DNA of 64,000 nt from contig OY740808.1 of the NCBI GenBank assembly GCA_963514005.1, positions 12,524,001 to 12,588,000 on the forward strand, read 5' to 3'. Below the pieces are notes generated by a model. The model worked only from the letters and a program-made list of their open reading frames with translations, was not told the DNA's origin and searched no databases. This stretch comes from Raja brachyura. Taxonomy: Eukaryota. The position numbers were made by a program, and so were the translations under genes. This document shows, piece after piece, positions 14,345-26,490 of the stretch; position 1 is the stretch's first letter; each line of letters starts with the position of its first letter.

Positions 14345-14990
14345 AGGCAAAGGACAAGGACATGGTGGATTGTGAGCTGAGTGTGGAGAATGCTATTATG
14401 CCATGAAAATTTGGGATTAAGATGGAGGAAGTGTTGGGGCTCTTACAGCAGATACAAAGCATTACAGCAGATAAATCCACAGGAGGTCACAGATTATTGA
14501 GACAGGTAGATAGCAGAAGCCTTGACGGAGATCCTTGATGTTCTCTCGCCACACGCGATGTGATGACCGCTGGAAAGTAGTTAGTTGTGTTCCTTTATTT
14601 GAGAAGGGAGGTACAGATAATCCAGAAAAAAATATAGGCTGGCGGTCCTCTCGTCTGTGGTAAAGAAGCTATTGTAGTGGATTCTCCCAGATAGGATTTA
14701 CTCCCCTTTGAAAGAGAATGGGTTAATTAGGGGCGTTAATTGGAATGACTTTGTAAATGACTCCTATTTTACTAATTTGATCATGTTTTTGACAAGATGA
14801 GGAAGGTGATCGATGAAGGTAGGGCGGTGGATGGTTGTCTACATGGATTTTGTAAGGCATTTGATGAAGTCTCTCATGGTAAATTGATCTAGAAAATTAC
14901 CATGCGTAGGATTCTGGGTGATTGGGGCCTTTGGATTCACAGCTGTTCTACGGATAAAATACCGTTGTGGTGTGATAGATAGGTTGTGGT
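14345..14990 (+). mobile_element. Highly decayed CR1 RT fragment
   Basis: Degenerate DKSPG and VYMDF..KAFD-like coding sequence. Confidence 0.6.
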
Positions 14991-15029
14991 GGAAGGAGAA
15001 TATTCAGAATTTTGGATAGGCACATGGAT

Positions 15030-15924
15030 ATGAAGGAATGCGGGGATATTAGTTGCCTTATCCGCTGCCTCAAGGATATAAAGTGTTGGATGGTCCAGTA
15101 CATCGTCCAACTAAAAGAGAGTAAGTCTGAGGTCATCCTTCTCGGCCCCTCGGACTCAATCAAAATGATAGCAGGCAGCCTTGGAAGCCTTACCCCACTA
15201 CTCAAACCTCAGGTCATAAACCTTGGCGTGATATTTGACTCAGCGCTGAAATTTGACAAACAAGTCAATACCGTGGTAAAAGCTAGCTTCTTTCAGCTTC
15301 GGACGAATAGCTAAAATAAAACAATTCCTCCAGTTTATGACCTCGAAAAGATCATCCACACGTTTATATCCTCCCGCCTAGATTACTGCAACTCCCGCCT
15401 GCATCTGGACCAAAATGAAGCAGAGAGACTCCTGACGGGCACCCGAAAAAGGGACCACATCACCCCGATCCTGGCCTCCCTCCATTGGCTCCCTGTGCAG
15501 TTCCGAATACATTTCAAAATCCTCCTTTATGTCTACAAAGCCCTCTATGGGCTTGCCCCCACCTACATTAAAAGTCTGCTTACCCACCACATCACCTCCA
15601 GGTCCCTCAGATCGGCCGACTTGGGGTTGCTAAACAACCCGCGGTCTAGGCATAAGCTCTAGACTGTGAAACAGCATCCCTCTTCCCATCAGAACTGCCC
15701 CCTCCATCGACTCCTTTAAGTCGAGACTAAAAACTCATCTCTACTCCCAAGCCTTTATTGACATCCTCTGAGCGAGGGCTATATGTATGTAGTGATGTTT
15801 GTATTTAATCTATGAACCACTATTGTTTGTTACACTAGTCTTATACCAATCTAAAGCACTTTGGCCAACGAGAGTTGTTTTTTAAATGAGCAATATAAAT
15901 AAAAGTGACTTGAATTGACTTGAT
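15030..15924 (+). mobile_element. L2-clade LINE 3' fragment
   Basis: ORF 15012-15314 (NLGVIFDSALKFDKQV..FFQLR); RLDYCNS and HITP.LASLHWLP; (gacttga)n tail. Confidence 0.85.
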
Positions 15925-16295
15925 ATGTAGACCGATAGGTTTAGGTATTGGCAACGCGTTTGGCACAAATGTTGGAGGCTGAAAGGTCAGTTCTTGTGCT
16001 ATTCCACGTTCTATGTTCAATAAAGATTGCAAACTTCACCACTGGTCCAACCAATCAGCAGAAATAACTCGGCATCTACTCCGTCCAACTACAGAGAATT
16101 TTAGATATTATTGTGATATCAGCTCCTTTATTTTCTCAACGCCTTTGAAAATAGGCCCGATATAACGCTTGTGTACGCACGCCTCATCCACTAATCAGAT
16201 AGTCGAGAGAGAGGCAGAGAAAGATTAAGTTTGGATTGTATTCGATAGTTGTTTTTTTGTTAAAGCAATAAGCTAGGATGCAAAAACCACTGAGT

Positions 16296-16301
16296 TTTAA
16301 T
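16296..16301 (-). terminator. Candidate poly(A) signal ATTAAA of IgL cluster 1
   Basis: About 220 nt after the stop; conserved ttttaatgaat context in all three clusters. Confidence 0.55.
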
Positions 16302-16522
16302 GAATGTTTGAAGGTGCATTTAATTAGAATTCCAATAACATTTGACTATCAATTAATAATAAGATTGCTTTGATTGAATGGCATTTACTAATGACAAGAC
16401 AAACGACAATTTTAAACGCAAAGGCTAGTCGACAACAATGAATATTCCTCGAATCATTTTTGACAATTGAAAGAGGGATCAAAAGATATTTCCTCAACTC
16501 GATTAGGTGGAATTTAGGCATT

Positions 16523-16845
16523 TTACCAACAGGTGGATTTGGCGATGTTTGTCTCCAGCGGGTTAGCCTGAGTCTCGTGTTTAACCACACAAGAGTAAAG
16601 CTCGTGGGAGTCCCAGACTGTGGCTGGCAGAGTCAGGTAACTGCTCGCACTGAACGTGTTGTCCGTCTCCTGCTGGATTCGGCTGGTCTCAACACCGTCA
16701 CTTCTTGCATTGCCGTCCACGGTCCACTTAATGTCCACAGCTCCCGGATTAAACCCACTCACCAAACACACCAGGGTGGCGCTGTTCTTTCCCGTGATTT
16801 CCTCCGCTGATGGTCGGAGAACGGACACTGTGGGAGCGCGTGGGT
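16523..16845 (-). CDS. Ig light chain constant exon, cluster 1 (type II/lambda-like)
   Basis: C1-set domain NPRAPTVSVLRPS..ATLVCLVSGFNPG..W..SSYLTL..YSCVVKH..STCW; acceptor ttcaaacag at 16846-16847; 323 nt, phase matches the J donor. Confidence 0.96.
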
Positions 16846-17277
16846 CTGTTTGAAACAAGGTTTTGCAGTATTATTAATAGTTGCGTAAGTATAGAAATAA
16901 TAATATTTGCATGACACAAAATCTAATTTTGCAACAATGTCAAACATACTATTTATCGCATTCTAAATTGTTTTAGAGATATTCCACATGATTATTCTTG
17001 AACTGTTCCACATTAACCTTGAAGTTTATATGCCTTTTTTCGAAAGTTATAATTTTTTGAAGTTCTAATTTAGCTCAGATTTCCCAATTAGGACAATGAA
17101 TCTTGCTCACTTCACTCAGCGGCACCAACAAAAACAAAACGCTCTAAGACATCGCCTGGAATAAAACTGATTTTATCTGAGGTGGTTCCGAAAGTTATGG
17201 TGCAATGTAAATTTTTTAAGTTATTTTTCAAGTTAAAATATTCGCTATCCTAGTGATTCCAGAATGCCCAGCGAGTA

Positions 17278-17653
17278 TGACGGTCACTCCAAACGAATAT
17301 CACCGTCCTCTCGTCGATGACGCCTGTGCGTGACTTTATTTAACGCGGGAAGACAGGTGCACAGACAGCCACCACATGGTCCTTGACAAATCTGGGTCAG
17401 AATCCAGTGGCATGGAATCCAAGACAACCAGGGACCCTTTTTCTGCTGCAGCCTTCATCAGCCTTCACAGCCGTCGTGACGCTGCACTAAAGTCTGCCTG
17501 TTCCACCGTTGAGGTCTTGGTTGAATTGCTCTTTGTCAGAGACCTCTCCCTCGAACTTACAGCCACGGGCGACCCTCCTAGCATCATAGCTCCAGACGGC
17601 ATCGCTCTCAGGACCACACAAGCTTCTCCACCACGACAGGATGACAATCCACG
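17278..17653 (-). mobile_element. Short RTE-derived non-autonomous element in the J-C intron
   Basis: Minus strand begins cctgtcgtggtggagaagcttgtgtggtcc, resembling RTE/Rex3-type 5' UTRs; absent from the paralogous intron at about 36535. Confidence 0.5.
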
Positions 17654-19030
17654 ATTACATTTCACAACATAACACATTGATCCCGGAATTTATAATGACG
17701 CAAGGAATTCAACAACACATCAACATCAACTGAAAATGATTGACCGCAGTATTTCAATAATATTGAGAATCTATAGGAGGAATAATTAAGCAAGCATTTG
17801 AAAGCATAAACTAATTGTTTAAGAGTCTCGACCCGAAACGTCGCCTATCTCCTTCGCTCCTTAGATGCTGCTGCACCCGCTGAGTTTCTCCAGCTTTTTG
17901 TGTAACCCCCTGTTTAAGCTAATAATTGACAATGTCAGGACGTTCGCTTTGGTTCTGCGTTTTTGTTTGTTTCCGGCGCAACCGGCGATTCTGGTTAAAT
18001 TTTGATTCCAATAGAAGAGCGAACACTATTGGAATGCCCCGACTCCCTTCAGCGGCTAATTAAATACACATTACACCATTCAAACTAGGGTTTAAACAGT
18101 TTAACAATATAAAATAAAAGCAGGATAAATGTGATAGTAGTCTTCTCGGGATATGGCTAAATTATTTGAACATCTGAAGAAGCCTGTTCTAATTGACTGA
18201 CTGAATAATTTGTTTGTTTTCACGTTGCTTCTATTTCACTGGGCGCCAAAGGAAAACATCCTCTAACTACAGTCAGATTCCATATACCGGAAGCACTGTT
18301 CCTCCAGAGGGAAATGTAAGGACAGAAAAATGGCGCAAGGCGACTAATGCACAGCCGGCAGGAATTGACATTATTATTACCTTATAAATTTGCACTTCTA
18401 CTCTCGATACCGAAACCCACGTCAGGGAAAATTAAATACAATCTCGTGAATTGTTGTAACAGTTCCAATCTTGTGCACATGCCTAATACAAGTTTACCAA
18501 TCCATATACAAACAATTCAAAGCGATATTCCAGGCGCCTGACAGGTTATTGGGTTTGAACCGATAATTCTGAGAAATGCACTTTCTTTATCTATACATGT
18601 TCATAATTTTAGGAAGACTCCAAGAGGGTCGAGTAATGCGCAGCTCTCGGGCATGCCAGAGTTCGCGATGGGGCATCAACCCAAAGTAAGTGCTATTATT
18701 GAAGGTGCGTCTTCTAATAGAATCATTCGTGCCATCAAAAGAAGGAAGACAAGCTTCTTTACCGCCGGCCTATTTCCTATCCTGGTTGACAATTGTTAAT
18801 TAATCGTTTGAAAAGTAATTAAGAATGAAAAATGTACACAGCCGAAAAGGCTTTTGCCCCTCCCATATCGTTACTTCTATTAATTTTCAAAAAAAAACTT
18901 GATTTTAGCCGTATATTTAGAAAAGATAGGCCTTAAAACACTTTTATTTGAACCATTAATTAAGCGACACAAAACTAATTACCTTTCACTGCAGTATCAA
19001 ACACCCAAAGAGTGAAGATATTTTACTTAC

Positions 19031-19375
19031 TGCCAATACCCAGCCTCGTTCCTTTGCCGAAGATTACAGCACTTTTCCACACAGCACAGTAGTAGTCAGC
19101 AGCGTCCTCCGACTGCACGTTCGATATTGTCAATGTTGCAGTGTTGCCTGACACTGATCCGGCGAAACGGTCAGGAACTCCAGAGCCTCTGGTAATGCTG
19201 CTGCCCGACCAATAGTAGAATAGAAACCTCGGCGCTCTTCCAAAAATCTGTTGGTACCAGGAAACAGTGGTACTACCTAAACTTTCGCCAGACATGGTAC
19301 AGGGTATTTGCCCGTTTTGTCCCGGAGACACGGACTGTGAAGACGGTTGATTTAGTGTAACCTCCGCGTTTATAC
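19031..19375 (-). CDS. Germline-joined Ig light chain V-J exon, cluster 1
   Basis: (C)INAEVTLNQPSS..C..WYQQ..GVPDRF..EDAADYYCAVWKSAVIFGKGTRLGIG; acceptor cttccag, donor GTAAGT; V and J contiguous with no RSS. Confidence 0.96.
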
Positions 19376-19498
19376 CTGGAAGAAAAATTAGAAAAAGTGG
19401 ACTATTCGTTTACATTAGCGAAACAACATGCGTCAGTAAAATAAAGTTATAATTGTACTCGAAATTAAACATCATGTGGGTGTAAGTTGAATACTCAC

Positions 19499-19547
19499 AA
19501 ACTGCGGAAAACGCCAATGCATAGACTACACGGACCCAGCAAGACAT
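19499..19547 (-). CDS. Ig light chain leader exon, cluster 1
   Basis: MSCWVRVVYALAFSAV plus 1 nt; donor GTGAGT; 49 nt, splices in frame to the V-J exon. Confidence 0.93.
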
Positions 19548-19599
19548 TGTAAATAACTGAGTGGGGAGCGCCTGGTGAAGTGGTACACACGTTTTTCTC

Positions 19600-19725
19600 G
19601 GGGTCTCTTATGAACCGTGTTGCGAGGCGTCATTGGGTGTTCATATGCAAAACAATCAAATCACTACGAACGTTGCGCCAATCAGAAGTTGCCAGATTCT
19701 TCTTGTGTCAAATTATTCCCATTTA
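19600..19725 (-). promoter_or_regulatory. IgL cluster 1 promoter
   Basis: TGACG half-CRE (19628-19632), octamer-like TTTTGCAT (19645-19652), CCAAT (19678-19682); block conserved upstream of cluster 2. Confidence 0.6.
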
Positions 19726-22033
19726 GCTAGGTAAATATCCGAATTCTAATTGTGTATTCCTGTACGATTTAATATATTTTCAAACACATCCAAGATATCA
19801 TTTTGATTGAAATGAGACATTCATTATGCCCGAAACGTCACCCATTCGTTGAATCCAGAGATGCTGCCTGTCCCACTGAGTTACTTCAGATTTGTGTGTC
19901 CATTTCCATTATATTTTTTCATTTATTTTGAACCCTTTTCGGTGCGGTTGCACAATGCGTATATTAAAACAAAACGTGCTTATCGAATAAACCCATGATA
20001 ATATCCGCCGACTTCATTCATTTATAAAAAAATGAAGAGATACATTCCATGTGGAGAGTGTTTTAGAACTGCTGAAGTCCTGATCTCATGGTGTGGCCGC
20101 ACTGTGCGCGATACGTTCTTTAGTTGCATATTGATTTTTGAAACTGGTGAGCATTTTGGTGACGATGGTTTATCGAAGTTTTCTAAAAGCACAAGGGAAT
20201 AAACAACGGATTGCAAATTAATTTTGAATTTGTAAAATTGGCAAATTTGTAGGTCTTACCGTGTATTTATTATAAATCACTGTCAAATTTAATGTAATGG
20301 TTTTGCAGTAAATTTGGAAAACATGATTTCGTGCAGCACCCACATTTGAATCGCCTGCTTACTTTGTTCGTAAAATTGACGTAATGAGTTGGAAAAATTA
20401 CAAAAATATTTAATCGACCTCAGGAGAGTTTTATGTGTTTAAAAAAAGTCAAATGTGTCGGCGGTTCTGGATTGCCTTGTCATAAATTCCATCAACCTTA
20501 ATTCGACATGGGAAATTATATTTACACGGAACCAGCGTTGCATCACACTAGATTTTATAGAGCAAACCAGTGGCTCTAATTATACCGATAATGTTAATTG
20601 AATTTCATGGATTACCCTTGCCATGGTATTAACAGCATGAGAATCAACACTAAAGACTTGCTTCCAAAATTATTCGACTCCTCAGTACTTCTGAATGCTT
20701 TCGCTGTTGCAGCGTGGAAAATATTCCTGTAATAGCTTGGGATGGTTACGCATACTCAAATGGATGTTAACAAAATATTACTTGAAATTATGACATAAGA
20801 ATACGTTTCAAGGGCGCGAGTATCACACCCCTGTTTTGCCAATTACCAATGTGCTTGCCACAGCTAAATTCTCCTCTCATTTCCTTACATGAAGGGTTTC
20901 CCATCATAAACTGGACAAATTGGAGAATTTTCTCAGCTTGCCCAGATCAGGCAGCTCTAACAGCAATCACGTGGGCAAACTTCAACCAGAGCAATATAAT
21001 CCGATTGATTGACACCCCCATTCTCTGCACCTGTGTTTACTCATTCCAAGGAGTACTGTATCGCGACGACAGAATTTTATTTTTGACCCGCAGTTACTCT
21101 AGCTTTTTGTGTCTATCTTTACCATATACAACATGTATTGCAATTACTTCCCTAAAATCCGCGGCCAACACTCCCATGCCAACCAAGATAGAAGTAAAGG
21201 GTGGGCATGGGAGCTACACTGTTGCGATACAAGTCACAGACCACGTAGAATTGGGAAATGTTTTGCCCAGCTTTCCGATGGCTGGAGATAGACACAAAAA
21301 ACTGGAGTAACTCAGCGGAACAGGCAGCATCCCTGGAGAGAAGGAATGGGTGACGTTTCGGATCGAGACCCTTCTTCAGCTTCCGATTGCTGGGCCTGTC
21401 TTGGAAAGCCCTTTCCAATAATACGGTGGGGGTTCTAACGACAGAATATTATTGTGACCCCAGAAGGACGCACATGAGCACATTCTGAGGAGTAATTAGA
21501 GATGTGTCGCAAGTACTCACCTTACAAGAAAATTGGATGTATTGATGGATGAAGTGGTTCGTTTTGCTTGGCATATTTCCCAAGGGCGATATGGTACGAT
21601 AAGATACGATAGCATTTATTTATCCCAGGAGGGGAATTGGACTGCCAACTGTCATAAAATACATGGAGCACATATATTTCAGTTGTAATGCGTTTCAGGA
21701 ACAATGCGACTTGTGAAAATTGCAGGAACACACAGGCTTTGGAAGACGTAAAAATAATCTGTTTGTTTTGGAAACAGAAGCGGAGGACAGAAAAGTACAG
21801 CTGTCGTGCAAGTCTTGCTAAAGCTTTGCAGCATAGTATTTCTGCAGTAGCTATAATGTAACTCTACGTGCTAACATTATGAATGACAGTGAGAGAGAGT
21901 GAGCGCCACAAAGAGAGACTAGCAACAAGTGGAGACACTCAAAGGATACATTTTGAAATAACGCATTGAAGAGAGAGGGTTGAGACTTTCAAGAAAGGTG
22001 AAAGTGGAGTAGATGCACAATTAACTGCAGATA

Positions 22034-22328
22034 GCGGCACGGTAGCGCAGCAGTAGATTTGCTGCCTTGCAGCGATGCAGCGCTGGAGGTTCGATACCGA
22101 CTACGGGTCCAGTTTGTACGGAGCTTGTCCGTTCTCCCCGTGACATCGTGGGTTTTCTCCGAGATCTTCGATTTCCAGGGTTGTATGTTAATTGGCTTGG
22201 TATAAGTGTAAATTGTCCATTGTGTGTAGGATAGTGGTGATGTGATGGAATCGCTGGTCGATGCGGACTCGGTGGATCGAAGGGCCTGTTTCCACGCTGT
22301 ATCTCTAAACTGAACTAAACTAAACTAA
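22034..22328 (+). mobile_element. tRNA-derived V-SINE/HE1-like SINE
   Basis: A/B-box-like head (ggcacggtagcgcag..ggttcga), V-domain gttctccccgtg..tgggtttt, CR1-like tail with (aaact)n. Confidence 0.8.
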
Positions 22329-22349
22329 TAGCTTCATAATATCATAAGT

Positions 22350-23455
22350 TATAATATCATAAGAGTCGAACAGCAAGGAAAAAATTCCTTCGGCCAACTT
22401 GCCCATGTCGATCTACATTAATCGCCTGACTACATTAATCGCACTAGCCCGCGTTTGGCCCATATCCCGCTAAACTTTTACTGGCTATATACCTGTCGAA
22501 GCGTCTTTTAAATGTTGTGCCTGTCTCGAACTACTTGCTCTGGCTGTTCAGTCCATATCTCACCATCCTCTGTGTGAAAACGTTTCGCCCCAGGTTCCCT
22601 TTGAACAATTCTCCTCTCACCTTAAACTTAAATCCTCCGTTTCTTGATTCCCCTACTGTGGGTAAAATACTCTACATTTACCTTTTCTATTCCCCTCATG
22701 ATCTTAAACACCTCGATAACACGACTCATCATCCTCCTACACTCCAAATCCGAGCCGGCCAACATCTCCCAATAGTTCAGGGCTGCATCTCATGGCAACA
22801 TCCTAATAAATCTTCTCCTATATCACTAAGCACAATAGTCCAACTGCAGTCTTGGTGACATATTTTACAACTGTAACATAACATCACAACCTCTAAACAA
22901 AAACACCCCCCCCCCACACACACACACACACACAGGGCCAGCTATCCACTGAGAAGACCCTGCCCTGGTTTGAACTTCCCAAAATGCATCACGTCGAAAT
23001 TATTTGCATTAAATCCATTAACCATTCCTCAGCCCACTTATCCAACTGTTCAAGTTTATGCTATAATTGTTGATAACTATCTTTGCCATCTACTATACCA
23101 GCCACTTTCTTGTAATCTGCAAATTTACCAATCATGCCTTCTACATTATCATCCAAATCGTTTATGTAAACCAAAAGCAACAATGGGGCCAGTAGTGACC
23201 CCCGGGGCACACCGCTGGTCATAACCCTGCAGTCAGAAAAACAATCTTCCACCATCACCGTCTCCTTCCTTCCATGAAGCCAATTCTCTATCAAGTTGGC
23301 TAGAGCTCTTCGGGTTTCTTATGAGCTAACAGTCCAGAGCAGCCTACCATGTAAATGTTTTCCTGAAGTCCATATAAACAACATCTACGGCTTTGCATTC
23401 GTCAAGAAGTCCATATAAACAACATTTACAGCTTTGCATTGGTCAATCTTCTTCA
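22350..23455 (-). mobile_element. Decayed CR1 fragments, including a 41-bp tandem duplication at 23365-23446
   Basis: ORF 23061-23294 (SGVPRGSLLAP..INDLD..KFAD). Confidence 0.75.
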
Positions 23456-23884
23456 TGCTGGAATCTTCAGTGAAACAGCTCTGCAGTTGCTCAGTGGGTT
23501 AGTCAACATCTTGGGAAGACATAGTTTATGGTCTTATGGCATTGTTTATGGTCAGGACTTTCTTCATTCTGAGTTATTCGGAGAATGAGGGAGAATAGGC
23601 TCAGAGAATATTCGTATTCATTGGGAATACAGATTTCTATAACTTGTATCGTTGACAACTTAATGAATTATTAAAGCAATAAAAAAAACCTGTAAAATAA
23701 ATAGAAATAGGGATTTAAATATGGCTTTATAGTTTTATATCGGAGTAAAAGGGCAGTGCATAGAAGCTGTAACTCATGAGTAACGGGATCACTGTACCCC
23801 AAACAATTACATCTGTGCGGAATCTTCTCAGTTATGAAAATGTTGCTTCCAAATAGCTGAGTTGGTGGCACACTGTACACAAAG

Positions 23885-26490
23885 TCGACAATGCATAGGT
23901 GTAGAATTGGGCCATTCGGTCCATCGAGCCTCATATGCCATTCATTCAAGGCTGATCTATCTTTCACTCTCAATCTCCTGCCTTCTGCCCATAACCTTTG
24001 ACATCCTTACTAATAAATAATCTGCAATTCCCACCTTACAATACCTAATTCGGCCTCCACATCTGTCTGTGTATGGATTTCACTAGCCTTTAAATGAAAA
24101 AAACCTTCTTCTCATCTCCAAATGTCTGTCCTTTTATTCTGAGGCTGTGTCCTCTGATCCTTCACTCTCCCACTCGTGTACGCATGCTATCCACATCCAC
24201 TCTATCGAGGACTTTCACTATTCAGCAAGTTTCAATGAAGACCCCCCTCCCCCCCCCCCCCCCCACCTCCATCCACAACCTAAATTCAAGCGAATAAAAA
24301 ACCAGTGCCGTCGCACATTAATTATACATTAACTAATTACCCCCTGTATTATTCTCATAAACCTCCTCTGGAGCCTCTCCAACGCCAGAGGATCATTCCT
24401 CAGATTTGGGGACCAAACTGCTTACTATACCCCAAAGGTAGACACAAAATGCTGGAGTTACTCATCGGGACAGGCAGCATCTCTGGAGAGAAGGAATGGG
24501 TGATGTTTCGGTTCGAGACCCTTCTTCAGACTCCAGTCTCGACGAAACGTCACCCATTCCATCTCTGCAGAGATGATGCCTGTCCCGCTGAGTTCCTCCA
24601 GCATTTTGTGTCTCCTTTGACTTAAACCAGCATCTGCAGTTCTTTCCTACACTATTCTCCAAATGCAGTCTGACCAGCACCTCATAAAGCCTTAACATAA
24701 CATTCCTGTTTTTATATTATAATCCTCTGGAAATATTTGCAAACATTGCATTTGCCTTCCTTACTACTGTTTCACCGTGCAAATTCATATTTTAGGAATC
24801 CTACACCAACACTCCTTGGTTCCTTTGCACCTCTAATTTCGGAATAATTTCCCCATTTAGAAAACAGTCTACGCCTTTATTCCGACCATAAAAATGAATG
24901 ACTGCTCATGATGTTACACTATATTCCATTTGCCATTTCTTTGCCCACTCTCCCGAACTGTCCAATACGTTCTGCAAAGTCCCTGCTTTCTCTACGCTGC
25001 CTGGCCCTCCACCTGTGTTTGTATCATCCACAAACATGGCCACAAAGCCTTCACTTACCTCATCCAAACCATTAATATATATCGTGGGGATCAGCGATCT
25101 ATGTGGAACACTAGTCACTGGCAGCCGAGCGGAATAAAATTCCTTTTATTCCCACTCTTTGCCTTCTGCCATACAGCTAACCTTCTATCCGTGATATTAT
25201 CTTCCCTCTAATACAGCGGGCCCTAATCGTCTTTAGCAGACTCACATGCAGCTGCTTATCAAGTGCCTTCTGAAAACCCGTCAACAACATCCAGTGTTCA
25301 TCCTGCTATTTACTTCCTCAAAGAATTCCAACAGGCAACATTTCCCATTCACAAAACCACACTGACTTCTGCCAAATGTATCATGTGCTTCTAAGTACTC
25401 AGAAACCTCACCATTTTTAATGGACTTTAAAATCTTACCAATCACTGAAGTGAAGCTAAGTGGCAAATAGTTTCCCTTTTTTCGCTTTGCTCCCGTCTTG
25501 AGGTGCAGAGTAACATTTGCAATTTGCTAGTCCACTGTGACCACTTCTGACCCCAGTGATTTTTGAAACACCCCACAAACACGACCACAATCTCTAAAAC
25601 TATCTCTTTAGAACACTGGGGTGCAGCACATCTGGTCCAGGTGATGTATTCAACTTCAGACCCAAGCACCTACTCAGTAATATCAATTCCACTAGTTTCT
25701 GCCCCAACTCTCTTGAAGCCACCTCTGTGAGGTTCGATGAAAAAACATATTAAATTAATCTGACATTTATTTATTCCACATTATTCCTTCTCCAGCGTCA
25801 TTATCTAGTGGTCCAATGTCTACGCTTCCCTCTCTCTTATTCGTTATATAGCTGAAGAAACGTTTGCTATCCTCTTTTACATTAGTGGCTAGCTTAACTT
25901 TATATTTCATTTTTTCTTTACATATTGCTTTTTTAGTAACTTTGTGTCAATTCCTCTCTCCATATAAACTCTCTTCCTCTTTGGAATGAAAAATCATGCA
26001 TCTTACGAATTATTCATGGAAACCCCTCCTATTGCAGCTCCTCTGTCGTTCCTGCTTGGATCCTTTTCCATTCAACTTTAGCCAGCTTCTCCCTCATGTC
26101 TCTGTAGTTACCTTTATCTAACAGTAATACCGACACATCTGATTTCGTCTTCTCCCTCTCAAACTGCAGGTTCAACTTCATCATATTATGGTCACCGTCT
26201 CCTGGGGATATTTTAAACTTAAGGTTCCTAGTCAAATCCAGGTCATTACACAATGCCAAATAAAGAATTGCTTTTCCCTAGTAGGCTCGACATAAGCTGC
26301 CCTAAGAAACTATTTTGAAGGCACTCTACAAATTCCTTCTCCTGGGATCCAGTACCAACCTTAAATATCCCAATCTACCTGCATATTGTAATCCACATGA
26401 CCTTTGCATCCCCTGGTGTAATTTGTACGCTACATTCTGGCTACTGTTTGGAGGCCCGTACATAACTCCAATCAGGGTATTTTTACAGTT
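23885..26490 (-). mobile_element. Decayed CR1 (EN-RT) with internal deletions
   Basis: ORFs 24906-25118, 25281-25466, 26029-26259 and 26326-26565 all resemble CR1 ORF2. Confidence 0.8.
24437..24650. mobile_element. Inverted pair of Penelope-derived termini (hairpin, MITE-like) inserted in CR1
   Basis: 24440-24520 is the reverse complement of about 24536-24613; imperfect 13-bp flanking repeat actataccccaaa/actattctccaaa. Confidence 0.7.

Noticed and set aside
16460-16853. Plus-strand ORFs overlapping C1 (and 35523-35720 over C2, 40099-40335 over VJ2)
   Set aside because: Antisense shadows of Ig exons with no independent coding signal
16846-16858. ORF-track starts for the C and V exons (MFQTD, MPPAV, MSPGQ, MSIFPD)
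   Set aside because: True boundaries are splice acceptors; the track starts are intronic or internal codons
19031-19375. T-cell receptor or processed retrocopy interpretation
   Set aside because: C exon is a single secreted light-chain type ending in Cys-X-stop with no TM exon; introns and promoter are present
22034-22110. tRNA gene
   Set aside because: It is the tRNA-derived head of a SINE continuing into V-domain and LINE tail
23365-23446. 41-bp direct repeat as a CRISPR-like or regulatory array
   Set aside because: Only two adjacent copies, no spacers, inside a decayed CR1
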